DNA from: Myxococcales bacterium
Lineage (GTDB): Bacteria; Desulfobacterota; Binatia; HRBIN30
Assembly: GCA_037445065.1 (NCBI GenBank)
Contig: JBBILD010000010.1
Coordinates: 32,001 to 96,000 of the forward strand
Length of the DNA: 64,000 bases
Direction: 5' to 3'
In this document: one piece after another, positions 20,337 to 30,079 of the stretch
Layout of the letters: each line of letters begins with the position of its first letter
How positions within the stretch are numbered: the first letter of the stretch is position 1
Program-made: the position numbers and the translations under genes
Notes under the pieces: generated by a model
What the model was told of the DNA's origin: nothing
The model's input: only the letters and a program-made list of their open reading frames with translations
Databases searched by the model: none

Positions 20337-20526
20337 CGCTGTGGGCGCGCAGCCGGCGGTAGTCGCTCTCGATTCCTTCCTATCCTTAAGAGACCGAGAA
20401 GAGTGCCCGCCCTGCCCGAGCCACACCCGGAATCCTCTGCCTTTGGCCGCCGGCGCTGCAGCCAAGGGCTACGCAACGGCCCGCCATTGCGCGAGCCCTG
20501 CGCCCTTCGTATATGGGCGCGCGGTC

Positions 20527-20946
20527 ATGGCGCAAAGCACACAACGAATGGTCCCGAAACCCACGCCAGAGACGCGGCCCTTTTGGGAAGGTGCCCGCCA
20601 GCGCGAACTGCGCATCCAACGCTGCCTCGATTGCAACTCCTGTTACTTCTACCCGCGTCCGCTTTGCCCGTACTGTCTCTCGCGCAACGTGGCTTGGATC
20701 AGAGCCAGCGGCCGCGGACGCTTGCACACCTTCGTCATCAACCACCGCCCTCCTCGCCACTTTCCCGCCGATGGCCCGTACATCATCGGCATTGTGGAAC
20801 TCGAGGAGGGCCCACGCATGATGACCCACATCGTGGGGGTCGAGCCGCGACCGGAGGCGCTGCGCTGCGACATGCCGGTGGAGGTCGTGTTCGAGGACCT
20901 CAGCGAAGAGATCACCTTGCCGAAGTTCCGCCCCGCTGCCCCATGA
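20527..20946 (+). CDS. Zn-ribbon/OB-fold protein (DUF35, ChsH2-like)
   Basis: PFWEGA, IQRCLDC...CPYC, ASGRGRLHTF, VELEEGPRM. ATGA overlap with the thiolase. Confidence 0.92.
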   Translation: MAQSTQRMVPKPTPETRPFWEGARQRELRIQRCLDCNSCYFYPRPLCPYCLSRNVAWIRASGRGRLHTFVINHRPPRHFPADGPYIIGIVELEEGPRMMTHIVGVEPRPEALRCDMPVEVVFEDLSEEITLPKFRPAAP

Positions 20947-22109
20947 GCGATCGTCGTCGGAGAGAGTTACGCGGCCGGGTTGCAATTGTGGGAGTGGCCG
21001 AATCGGACGAACTCGGCCGCTTGCCGCACAAATCGGCGCTGGCACTGCACATCGAAGCCGCTCACAACGCGCTTGCGGATGCCGGGCTCAGCAAAAAAGA
21101 CGTGGACGCGGTGTTCAGCTCTGGCCGCAACATGGCCAACGAAATCCCGGAGTATTTGGGAATTCGCCCTTGCTTTATCGGTGGGACGCAAATCGGTGGC
21201 TGCTCGTTTCTTTTGCATGTGGAGCACGCCATGGCCGCCATCACTTCCGGGCTTTGCGAAGTGGCACTCATCACCCACGGTGAAAGCGGCTACTCGCGCG
21301 TCGGGATGCCCGCGAATCGGTGGGGCGAGGATTCGAACAACGCCCAGTTCGAGCTCGTGTACGGGCACGCCGGACCGCCCACCGGATACGGACTGGTGGC
21401 CACGCGCCACATGCACGTTTACGGCACCACTAAGGAACAAATGGCAGAAGTGGCGGTGGCGACCCGCAAGTGGGCAGCACTCAATCCCAAGGCGCTCATG
21501 CGTGACCCGATCACCATTGACGACGTTTTGCAATCGCGTCTCATTGCCTGGCCCTTCAACCTGCTCGACTGCTGTTTGGTGACCGACGGCGGCGGTGCGG
21601 TGGTGGTCACCTCCGCGGAGCGCGCGCGCGACCTACCCAAGAAGCCGGTGTACGTGCTCGGCACGGGCGAATGCGTCACGCATCAAATGGTGAGCCAGAT
21701 GCCGAACTTCCACCAGTGGGACGCTGCGATCGTATCCGGTCAGCGCGCCTTCGAGATGGCGGGAGTTCGACCCGCAGATGTGGACGTGGCGGAGCTGTAC
21801 GACGCCTTTACCATCGTGCCGATCCTGGCGCTAGAAGCGCTCGGCTTTTGCAAACCAGGGGAAGGTGGCGCATTCGTTGCCGGACAGCGCACTGCACCGG
21901 GCGGCGAGTTTCCGATGAACACCAATGGCGGCGGGCTTTCTTACACGCACACCGGGATGTACGGGATCTTCACGATCATCGAAGCTGTGCGCCAGCTTCG
22001 CGGTGAGTGCGGGCCACGCCAAGTGGCCAACGCGCGCGTTGCCCTCTGCCATGGCACGGGTGGTACGTGGAGTTCGGCCGCAACGCTGATTCTCTCGACC
22101 GAGCGATAA
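20943..22109 (+). CDS. SCP-x/Ltp-type thiolase-family protein
   Basis: VAIVGVAES, DCCLVTDGGGAVVV, ELYDAFT, NTNGGGLS, EAVRQLRG. The track's 19515 start is an antisense extension. Confidence 0.9.
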   Translation: MSDRRRRELRGRVAIVGVAESDELGRLPHKSALALHIEAAHNALADAGLSKKDVDAVFSSGRNMANEIPEYLGIRPCFIGGTQIGGCSFLLHVEHAMAAITSGLCEVALITHGESGYSRVGMPANRWGEDSNNAQFELVYGHAGPPTGYGLVATRHMHVYGTTKEQMAEVAVATRKWAALNPKALMRDPITIDDVLQSRLIAWPFNLLDCCLVTDGGGAVVVTSAERARDLPKKPVYVLGTGECVTHQMVSQMPNFHQWDAAIVSGQRAFEMAGVRPADVDVAELYDAFTIVPILALEALGFCKPGEGGAFVAGQRTAPGGEFPMNTNGGGLSYTHTGMYGIFTIIEAVRQLRGECGPRQVANARVALCHGTGGTWSSAATLILSTER

Positions 22110-22403
22110 CCAGCGGCGGCAGAGCCCCTCCTTGCCTCATCCGCGAGCGCGCGGAACGCCCAACCGTACGTGCGCCCGAGGCGAACAGCCGTTCTCGTGC
22201 CCCCGACACACCGTCGCATCGGGCACCACGGCACCCAGCCGCACACCTACTCCTTCGCATTTCCATCTACCGAATGGGCACCGCCATCGCCCAACTGCAT
22301 CGTTTGTCTGCTAGAAATCCCGGCCACCGCTTCTCGATTTGTGCAAGCGGGTTCAGAGCAGCAGCGTTGGCGGGGCACCGAGTTTTGGATATCGTTCGCC
22401 CTC

Positions 22404-23660
22404 ATGACTCTTCACGACACCATCGTGAGCCTCTGCCAGCAAGCGCGCTCGGCGGCACGGAGCCTCGCCACTGCGTCCACGACCGCGAAAAACCGCGCCC
22501 TCGAGCGGGTCGCGGCAGCGCTGCGCAGGGACGAGCCGCAGATCCTCGCCGCCAACGAGCGCGACCTGGAAGCGGCGCGCCGCTCGGGCTTGAGTTCGGC
22601 GTTGTTGGATCGCTTGCGTCTCGACCCCAAGCGCATCGAAGCCATGGCGCGCGGCGTGGAGGAGGTGGTTGTGCTGCCCGACCCGGTGGGGGAAACGATT
22701 GCCTGCTGGCGGAGGCCCAACGGTCTCGAGATCGCCCAAGTGCGGATCCCGATTGGCGTGATCGGGATCATTTACGAGGCGCGGCCCAACGTGACCGTCG
22801 ATGCCGCCGCTTTATGTTTAAAGTCGGGGAACGCCGCAGTGCTGAAAGGGGGCTCGGAGGCACAGGGAACCAACCAACAACTCGCTCGCATCGTGGCACA
22901 AGCGGTCGCCGAAGAGGGTTTGCCCGCGGCGAGCGTGCAGCTCCTGCCGACGACGGAGCGAGAGGCCGTGCAGATCCTTTTGCAGCAGTCGCAGTGGCTG
23001 GACGTGATCATACCGCGCGGCGGCGAGAGCCTCATCCGGGTGATCACCGAGATGTCGCGCATTCCCGTGATCCAGCATTACGCCGGAGTCTGCCACACGT
23101 ATGTGGACGAATTCGCCGATCTGAAGATGGCGGAGGAGATTTGCTTCAACGCCAAGGTGCAACGCCCAGGCGTGTGCAACGCCATGGAAAATCTGCTCGT
23201 GCACGCTGCTGTGGCCGAGGCGTTTCTGCCCCAGATGATCCGCCGCTTTCAGCAAGCCGGGGTCGAAATCCGCGGCTGCGAGCGCACGCGCAGCATCGTG
23301 CCAGACGTTCGCCCGGCAAGCGAGGAGGATTGGCGCACCGAGTACCTCGACCTCATTTTGGCGGTAAAGGTGGTCGCCTCTCTCGATGAAGCAATCCGCT
23401 TCATCAACACCTACGGCACGGGCCACTCGGATGCCATCGTCACCAACCACTACGAGCACGCCCGCCGCTTCCAGCAGGAGGTTGATTCGGCAGCCGTTTA
23501 TGTAAACGCGTCCACCCGTTTCACCGACGGCTACGAGTTCGGTTTCGGCGCGGAGATCGGGATTTCTACCAATCGCTTGCACGCGCGCGGTCCGATGGGG
23601 CTGCGGGAACTGACCACCTACAAGTACAACATCCGCGGCAGCGGCCAGATCCGCACCTGA
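22404..23660 (+). CDS. proA: gamma-glutamyl phosphate reductase
   Basis: PIGVIGIIYEARPNVT, IIPRGG, VCNAME, NASTRFTDG, EIGIST..LHARGPMGL. Confidence 0.96.
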   Translation: MTLHDTIVSLCQQARSAARSLATASTTAKNRALERVAAALRRDEPQILAANERDLEAARRSGLSSALLDRLRLDPKRIEAMARGVEEVVVLPDPVGETIACWRRPNGLEIAQVRIPIGVIGIIYEARPNVTVDAAALCLKSGNAAVLKGGSEAQGTNQQLARIVAQAVAEEGLPAASVQLLPTTEREAVQILLQQSQWLDVIIPRGGESLIRVITEMSRIPVIQHYAGVCHTYVDEFADLKMAEEICFNAKVQRPGVCNAMENLLVHAAVAEAFLPQMIRRFQQAGVEIRGCERTRSIVPDVRPASEEDWRTEYLDLILAVKVVASLDEAIRFINTYGTGHSDAIVTNHYEHARRFQQEVDSAAVYVNASTRFTDGYEFGFGAEIGISTNRLHARGPMGLRELTTYKYNIRGSGQIRT

Positions 23661-23680
23661 GGCAAGCGGAGCCCAGGCGG

Positions 23681-24337
23681 ATGCACGTTGGCATCCTCGG
23701 TGGAAGCTTCAACCCGATTCACCTCGGGCACTTGCGCGTAGCCGAAGAGGTACGCGAAGCGCTGTCTTTGGATCGGGTATTGTTCATTCCAGCCGCCCTG
23801 CCGCCGCACAAAGTCGGACACAAGCTTGCGGCCCCCGCGGACCGCTTGGCCATGGTACGGCTGGCCATTCGCGGCAACCCGTACTTCCGCGCCTCTGTAC
23901 TGGAACTTCAGAGGCAAGGACGTTCCTACTCCGTCGATACGCTGCGCGCACTGCGCCAGAGCCATCCGGAATGGAAGCTGTCGTTTATCGTCGGGCTCGA
24001 CGCCTTCGCCGAAATCGGCACCTGGAAGGAGTATCGCGAGCTGTTCGGCCTCGCCGACTTCGTTGTCGTCTCGCGCCCGGGATTTGCAAACCGCCACCTG
24101 CGCAGGCTGCTTCCGGTTGCCGCTCGTGGTGACTTCTGGTATGCGCCTGACCGCTTGACTCTCGTCCACCGGTCAGGGCACAGGGTGCACTTCCAGACGG
24201 TAACGGGTTTAGACATTTCGGCGAGCGCGATCCGCGAACGGGTCTCCCGCGGCGCCTCGATTCGCTACTTGGTTCCCCCGGCCGTGGAGCGATACATCGC
24301 TGCTCGCGGCCTCTACACGCGGAGGAACAAGCGGTGA
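23681..24337 (+). CDS. nadD: nicotinate-nucleotide adenylyltransferase
   Basis: GGSFNPIHLGH, PPHK, SYSVDTL, DISASAIR. Conserved synteny with proA and rsfS. Confidence 0.96.
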   Translation: MHVGILGGSFNPIHLGHLRVAEEVREALSLDRVLFIPAALPPHKVGHKLAAPADRLAMVRLAIRGNPYFRASVLELQRQGRSYSVDTLRALRQSHPEWKLSFIVGLDAFAEIGTWKEYRELFGLADFVVVSRPGFANRHLRRLLPVAARGDFWYAPDRLTLVHRSGHRVHFQTVTGLDISASAIRERVSRGASIRYLVPPAVERYIAARGLYTRRNKR

Positions 24338-24735
24338 AGCGAAAGACGTCGAAAGACACCGCGCTGCTGTGTGTGAAGGCGGCGCTCGAGCGCAAGGCGT
24401 ACGACTTGGTCTTGCTCGATGTGAGCAAACTCACTTCCCTGGCCGACTATTTCCTGATTTGTACCGGTCGTTCCGACACCCAAGTGCAAGCAATTGCGCA
24501 AAGCATCGAAGAGGTCCTGGAGCGGGCCGGTGAACGGCCCCTTGCGGTCGAGGGCTTTCAGCACGGACACTGGGTTGTGATGGATTACGGGGATGTAGTC
24601 GTGCACGTGTTTTTCGAACCGGTGCGCCAGTTCTACGATCTCGAGCGGCTGTGGGCAAAAGCCCCGCGCGTTCGCCTGCCGAAGCCATACGCCGACCAGG
24701 TGCGTGAACTGAGCCTCGCCGCCGGCGGGTCCTGA
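24334..24735 (+). CDS. rsfS: ribosome silencing factor (Iojap)
   Basis: KAYDLVLLDV, DYFLICTGRS, WVVMDYGDVVVHVF, FYDLERLW. Confidence 0.96.
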   Translation: MKRKTSKDTALLCVKAALERKAYDLVLLDVSKLTSLADYFLICTGRSDTQVQAIAQSIEEVLERAGERPLAVEGFQHGHWVVMDYGDVVVHVFFEPVRQFYDLERLWAKAPRVRLPKPYADQVRELSLAAGGS

Positions 24736-24746
24736 CGGAAGCAATC

Positions 24747-26039
24747 ATGAAACGCGCCGTTTTGCTCAGCCTGCCTCTGGTCGCCGTCGTTCTGTACATC
24801 GTCATTTTAAACCAGGGCTCCACCACCGTGACGCTTTGGCCAGAGCGCTCCTTTACCTCGATCACCGGAGTGGTGCTTGCGGGCGCATTCCTGGCTGGAG
24901 TTCTCCTCGCTTTACTGGGTGTGGCACTGCAGGCAAGCGGGCGGGCGTTGCGAGCCTGGCGCGTGGGCCGCCGGGAACGGCGTTCGCTCCGCCTCCACGA
25001 GTGGGAACAAGCGGGGGAACAGCTCCTCTGGGGCGGCGAGATCGCGCGCGGCCGAGCGCTCCTGCAAAAGGTTTGGCAGCGGCGGCCGGAGGACCCGCGT
25101 CCGGCTCTCCTCTTAGCGCAGTCCTATTGCGACACCGGAGAGTTCCATCGCGCGCGCGGCGTACTGGTGGATGCCTCGGTCGTGCACCACTCGGATCCAG
25201 AAGTCCTCTTTGCGCTGGCAGAAGTGCACCGCCTGAGCGGCGAGACGGCACCCCGCATCGAAGTCTTGGAACGGCTGCGCGCCCTCCATCCGCGTTCGGC
25301 GCGCGCCCTTGCTGCGCTGCGAGACGCCTATGCCGCGGCCGGACACTGGACCGATGCGGCCAGCGTGCAGGAAGCCTTCATGGGGCTCTTGCCAGACCCG
25401 GTGCAGGCACAGCGCGAAGGGGAGCGGCTCCAGTCCCTGCGCTACCAAGCCGCCTTGCACATGCCCGACCCACAGGCACGGCTGCAAGCCCTCGAAGCGC
25501 TTGCCGCGAGCCGCAACGTCCCAGCGCCGGTTTACGTTGCCTTGGGCGACGAACTCGCCGCGGCGCAACGACTCGCCGATGCCTCCGCCGTGTGGGAGCG
25601 GGGCCTGCGTGCCAAACCGCAAGGGGTATTTGTGCAGCGCTTGCTCCGTATCGCCACGAGCCCCTCGCACCGCGATCGCATCCGGAACCTGTTGCGAAAA
25701 GTGCGCTCCGATTCCGTGCAGGCCGATGCGGTCCGCCTGTGGGTTGCCGAAACGCACCTCGCCGACGGCAACGCGGAGCCCGCTGCGGCTGAGCTGCAGG
25801 CGGTAGAGGCCCCCGCCATGTTCGCTGCGGACTATGATCGTTTATGGGCACAAGTACACCGCCTGCGCGGGCAAGTGGAGCAGGCGTTGCACTCCTACCA
25901 GCGCGCTTGTGGCGAGGAACCCTTTTTTCAGTGCTCGCAGTGCGAGCGGGTTTCGGCCGATTGGCTCGGCGTCTGCCCGCGCTGCGGTTCTTGGGCGAAG
26001 TACCGCGCTCGCATCGAATTATCGCGCGAACTCGTCTGA
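24747..26039 (+). CDS. LapA-LapB-like fusion (two TM, TPR repeats, rubredoxin-type Zn finger)
   Basis: Two N-terminal hydrophobic helices, TPR-like helices, C-terminal CSQC...W...CPRCGSW. Confidence 0.75.
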   Translation: MKRAVLLSLPLVAVVLYIVILNQGSTTVTLWPERSFTSITGVVLAGAFLAGVLLALLGVALQASGRALRAWRVGRRERRSLRLHEWEQAGEQLLWGGEIARGRALLQKVWQRRPEDPRPALLLAQSYCDTGEFHRARGVLVDASVVHHSDPEVLFALAEVHRLSGETAPRIEVLERLRALHPRSARALAALRDAYAAAGHWTDAASVQEAFMGLLPDPVQAQREGERLQSLRYQAALHMPDPQARLQALEALAASRNVPAPVYVALGDELAAAQRLADASAVWERGLRAKPQGVFVQRLLRIATSPSHRDRIRNLLRKVRSDSVQADAVRLWVAETHLADGNAEPAAAELQAVEAPAMFAADYDRLWAQVHRLRGQVEQALHSYQRACGEEPFFQCSQCERVSADWLGVCPRCGSWAKYRARIELSRELV

Positions 26040-26185
26040 GTCCGCCGAGTAGCGCAAGCACACTCCCCGCCCGAGCCCAACCTTCGGGGTCGCTGTCCGC
26101 AACCTTGCGCGCCCCTCAGCCCACCCACCACTTTGTGGACGTCTCGTTTGACTTTCCGCCGGCTTGCGTGAGAAAAAGGCGCGTG

Positions 26186-27493
26186 ATGCGGTGGTGGATG
26201 GTGGCGGGCAGGTGTTCTCTGCGCGCGCAGCGGCAAGACCGCACGCGCTGGCGCCAACGCACGCTTTTGCTCCTCGCTGGGCCGATGGTGTTGCTCCAGG
26301 CAGCACATGGGTGGGCGGAATCGCTGGACGAGGTGACCCGCCAGATTTTGCAAGCGCAGGAGTGGGCCCTGGCCGCGGAACGTGCGGCCCGCTCGGCCGA
26401 AAAGGCGGCACAACGCAGTGGCGATGCCATTCGGGCCGAGCGGCGCGCGGTGTGGCTCAGCCGTACCGCAGAGGCGCTACGCCGCCGTGGCGGCCGCGAG
26501 TTTTTGGCCGCTCGCCGTGGGGCGGAGCTTGCACAACGGGAGCGCGAGGCGATCGCACGCGAAGCCCGCAACTGGGTGCGGCAGGCAGTTGCCGAGTTGG
26601 ACGCTTTGCTGGTGCAACCCGAAACCCTCCGCTCCGCGCTCACCGACGACAGCGGCAAGCCGCTGGCCGCCTCGCAGGAACTGGTGGCCGCCGCCGCGCA
26701 GTTGCACGCCGCCGCCGCGCCCGTACGGGAGGCTCTGTACGAAGTCCAAGCCGTTCAGGTGCGCACGGAACTCCTGCGCTCCCAACTGACGGGCGAGCAA
26801 GCGCAACGCATGGAAGAGTCGTTTACCCGGCGGCGGGCGAGCCTCTTGGAGGCACTGGAAAATTTGACCAGCGCCAGCGAGCGCCTGGCGCGCAGTGCCT
26901 CGGAGCTGACCCGCTGGCGAGACAGCGTACAGCCGGCTGCGCGTCAGCGAACGCGACGAGCAGCCGGACTCGGTTTTGGGGCAGGTGTCGGGATTGGCTT
27001 TCAGGTGGACGTTGGCGGCAAAGAACGGGTCGAGTCCGCTTCGATCGGACCGAACGCGGCGGGCCAGCCGGTCGTGCGGGTGGATCACGACACCGACTCC
27101 ACGCCGCATCTGGTGCTGGAGGCACACTACGTTTTTCCGATTTCCTCTGCCGCCCGGAAGGAAGAGTGGGGGGCCGCGCGCAGCCCGCGGAGCTGCCGGT
27201 GGTGCACCCCGCGTCTAGCCGAGCGCTTGCGCTGGGGCCCATTTGTCGCCGTTCAGCCGGGCGATGACTTTATTGACGCGGTTGGGGCGGGATGGATGGT
27301 GGCCGGCTCAGTGGAAGAACTGCATGAGCGCGGAAGCATCAATATTGGCGTCGGCTACGTTGCCGACCCGAACACGCGCGTGCTTGCCGACGGATTCCGT
27401 GCGGGGGCTCCCCCACCCGCTGGGGAAACCCAGGTGCGATTCAAGCGCGTCACCCAATCGGGTGTGCTGATTTTGCTGAGCTACGGGTTCTGA
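26186..27493 (+). CDS. hypothetical protein: Ala/Arg-rich coiled coil plus C-terminal beta-barrel-like domain
   Basis: Signal-like segment ending AHGWA, long helical region, then amphipathic strands ending LLSYGF. Start uncertain. Confidence 0.6.
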   Translation: MRWWMVAGRCSLRAQRQDRTRWRQRTLLLLAGPMVLLQAAHGWAESLDEVTRQILQAQEWALAAERAARSAEKAAQRSGDAIRAERRAVWLSRTAEALRRRGGREFLAARRGAELAQREREAIAREARNWVRQAVAELDALLVQPETLRSALTDDSGKPLAASQELVAAAAQLHAAAAPVREALYEVQAVQVRTELLRSQLTGEQAQRMEESFTRRRASLLEALENLTSASERLARSASELTRWRDSVQPAARQRTRRAAGLGFGAGVGIGFQVDVGGKERVESASIGPNAAGQPVVRVDHDTDSTPHLVLEAHYVFPISSAARKEEWGAARSPRSCRWCTPRLAERLRWGPFVAVQPGDDFIDAVGAGWMVAGSVEELHERGSINIGVGYVADPNTRVLADGFRAGAPPPAGETQVRFKRVTQSGVLILLSYGF

Positions 27494-28374
27494 GCGCCCT
27501 CCCGCTCTTTTTCCTCGCTTGGCGTGAGAGCTTCCATCTCCACCCGGTACTTTGCGCGTAACTGGGCCAGCGCTCGGTTGCGCGCCTGCTTGCGGGCCTC
27601 TTCGCGCCAGTCTTCCAAAACCCGCTCGCGGATTTCTTCCAGCGGTACGATGCGCGGCGGGCGCGAGTCCTCGAGCCGAACCAGGTGCCAACCAAAGCTC
27701 GACCGTATGGGTCCGGACCAAGTTCCGAACGGCAACGGAGGCAGGGCTTGTGCGAAGCCGGCGCCAAAGGCAGCTTCGACTTCCGCTAGGGACCGATTCC
27801 GCCACACGAGCCCGGGCAAGAAGGGTCGAGAGAGCTTTCCTACCTCCCCACCTCGCTGCAACTCGGCCAATACGGCCGCGGCTCGTTCTGCGGGAGTGTT
27901 TTGCTCTCCTAGAAACACATGGGTGAAGCTGACGCGCCCTGCTTCGCGATAGCGGTGGCGGGAACGCTGCCAGAACGAAAGGAGTTCTTCCGGCCGCTCA
28001 GGCTCTTCCGGCGCCGCCCCTTCGAGCAAGAACTCCATCTTTTGAATGAGCCGGCGGCGCACGATCTCATCATCGCGATCGAGCCCGAGTGCCAGTGCCT
28101 CGCGGTAGAGGATCTCCCGATCCAAAAAGTCGGGCCAGGCGTTACGCACCTCGTCCTCGCTCGGCGCGCGGCCGTTGCGCGCGAGCAGCTCGGCCACGAG
28201 ACGGGCACGCAACTCCTCCCGCGGCGGCAAGGAGGGGCCTGTGTTCTCCCGGCCGCTCCGAGAAGCAGCCAAGGCCAGCGCCGCAAAGCCAAAAAACCAC
28301 GCCGTCGGCTCGCGCAGCAGCGCACGACCCACAGAGCGAATCCAAGCGCGTGTGCGCTCAAGCCGGGAACGCAC
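27481..28374 (-). CDS. PpiC-type rotamase (Rotamase_2), the type usually found with HupE/UreJ and DUF3604
   Basis: LLREP, EILYREALALGLDRDDEIVRRRLIQKMEF, FGAGFA, WSGPIRSSFGWHLV. Start uncertain. Confidence 0.85.
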   Translation of the reverse strand: MRSRLERTRAWIRSVGRALLREPTAWFFGFAALALAASRSGRENTGPSLPPREELRARLVAELLARNGRAPSEDEVRNAWPDFLDREILYREALALGLDRDDEIVRRRLIQKMEFLLEGAAPEEPERPEELLSFWQRSRHRYREAGRVSFTHVFLGEQNTPAERAAAVLAELQRGGEVGKLSRPFLPGLVWRNRSLAEVEAAFGAGFAQALPPLPFGTWSGPIRSSFGWHLVRLEDSRPPRIVPLEEIRERVLEDWREEARKQARNRALAQLRAKYRVEMEALTPSEEKEREGAQNP

Positions 28375-30034
28375 GTTCCACGAACTGCGCGCTTGCAACC
28401 CCACGCGGCAGCGTCCCAAAGGCCAGGCCATGCCGGCCTTCCAAACGCGACGCGCAAAAGGCAGTGGCCACTGCCGGCTCGGAGTACCGGAGCAACAAGG
28501 AAGCCTGCAACGCCAAAGCCATCCTCTCGACCAAACTCCGCGCTCGCAGCTCGAGATCAGCGAGGTCTTGCAGCTCCTGGCGCAAAGAGTTCACGGCTCG
28601 ATCGAACGCAGGCTCGCCCGCAGCCAGATCCAGTTCTGCAAAGAACGCTTGTACAGACTCAGGCTCTTTGGCCATGGCCCGCAACACGTCCAGACAAATC
28701 ACGTTGCCCGAGCCCTCCCAAATGCCATTGAGAGGAGCTTCGCGGTACAAGCGGGGCAGAACCGATTCCTCCACGTACCCGGCGCCACCCAAACACTCGA
28801 GTGCCTCGGCAACGAACGCGGGAGCGCGTTTGCACACCCAGTATTTGATCACCGCAGTAGCCAGGCGGGCAAAGTGCCGTTCACGCTCGTTTCGGGCTTC
28901 TTCATCGTAAGCGCGAGCCAGGCGCATCATCCCGAGGGTGGCCGCTTCCCACTCCAAACACAGATCAGCGAGCACATTTTGCATCAGCGGCTGTTCCACC
29001 AAGCGCTTGCCAAAAGCAGCGCGGTGGCGGGTGTGGTGGATCGCCTGTACGAGCGCCTGCCGCATGCCAGCAGCCGCGCCAATCGCGCAATCGAGCCGCG
29101 TGTGGTTGACCATCTCGATGATCGTGCGCACCCCGCGGCCCTCTTCGCCCACCATGCGGCCCCAGGCCTGGTCCAGTTCGATTTCGCTCGAAGCATTCGA
29201 GCGATTGCCGAGCTTGTCCTTGAGGCGCTGAATGAAGATCGCATTGCGCTTTCCGTCCGGCCGCCAGCGCGGCACGAGAAAGCAAGAAAGCCCTTTGTCC
29301 GTGTACGCCAGCATCAAGAACACGTCGCTCATCGGTGCCGAGCAGAACCACTTGTGGCCAGTAATCCAGTACGCTGCCCCCGGTCCAGCACTGTCAATCG
29401 GCACGGCGCGTGTGGTGTTGGCACGCACATCCGAGCCGCCCTGCTTCTCGGTCATCGCCATGCCGCACATCACTCCGCGCTTTTCTTCAGCAGGGAGCGA
29501 GCGCGAATCGTACTGGTTGGAGACAATGCGCGGTTCCCACTGCGCCGCCAACTCCGGCTGGTGGCGTAAGGCGGGGACGATCGAGTAGGTCATCGAGATC
29601 GGACATCCGTGCCCGGCCTCTACCTGCGACTGCAAGTAAAACTTGGCCGCACGCGCTACGTGCGCTCCCGCCCGCGGCGTGCGCCAAGGGAGAGCGTGCA
29701 ATTCGTGCTCGACCGCAAGCCGCATGAGCTCGTGATAGGCGGGGTGATATTCCACCTCGTCAATGCGGTTGCCAAAGCGATCGAAGTTGCGCAGCACGGG
29801 TGGGTATGCGTTCGCCCACACGGCCCACTGTTGCGGCTCTCCGGCGAGAACCTCCGCCAGCCTGCGGCAGTCCGCACTTGCCCACCCGGCACCCTGCGTT
29901 TCGAGTGCGCGCTGGAGCACCGGATCCGTGTCGAACGAGTTGTACCCTTCCAGCGGTGGCGGCTGGTTCAGCACCTCGTGCGTCCGATGCGGCGGCACCA
30001 CCAAGTTGCGGGGAACAAAACTGGTTCCTTCCAT
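28358..30034 (-). CDS. aidB: AidB-family acyl-CoA dehydrogenase
   Basis: THEVLNQPPPL, EYHPAYHELM, GHGCPISMT, MTEKQGGSDV, GHKWFCSAPMSD, REAPLNGIWEGSGNV. Confidence 0.9.
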   Translation of the reverse strand: MEGTSFVPRNLVVPPHRTHEVLNQPPPLEGYNSFDTDPVLQRALETQGAGWASADCRRLAEVLAGEPQQWAVWANAYPPVLRNFDRFGNRIDEVEYHPAYHELMRLAVEHELHALPWRTPRAGAHVARAAKFYLQSQVEAGHGCPISMTYSIVPALRHQPELAAQWEPRIVSNQYDSRSLPAEEKRGVMCGMAMTEKQGGSDVRANTTRAVPIDSAGPGAAYWITGHKWFCSAPMSDVFLMLAYTDKGLSCFLVPRWRPDGKRNAIFIQRLKDKLGNRSNASSEIELDQAWGRMVGEEGRGVRTIIEMVNHTRLDCAIGAAAGMRQALVQAIHHTRHRAAFGKRLVEQPLMQNVLADLCLEWEAATLGMMRLARAYDEEARNERERHFARLATAVIKYWVCKRAPAFVAEALECLGGAGYVEESVLPRLYREAPLNGIWEGSGNVICLDVLRAMAKEPESVQAFFAELDLAAGEPAFDRAVNSLRQELQDLADLELRARSLVERMALALQASLLLRYSEPAVATAFCASRLEGRHGLAFGTLPRGVASAQFVERAFPA

Positions 30035-30079
30035 GCTCCCTCCGTTACCACGAAGCCTCGAACCGCAACAGGGGATCCC

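Noticed and set aside
19515..20942. Apparent 864-aa ORF (19515-22109) suggesting a large thiolase fusion
   Set aside because: The N-terminal part is antisense to nxrA and out of frame over DUF35. The real gene starts at ATG 20943, overlapping the DUF35 stop.
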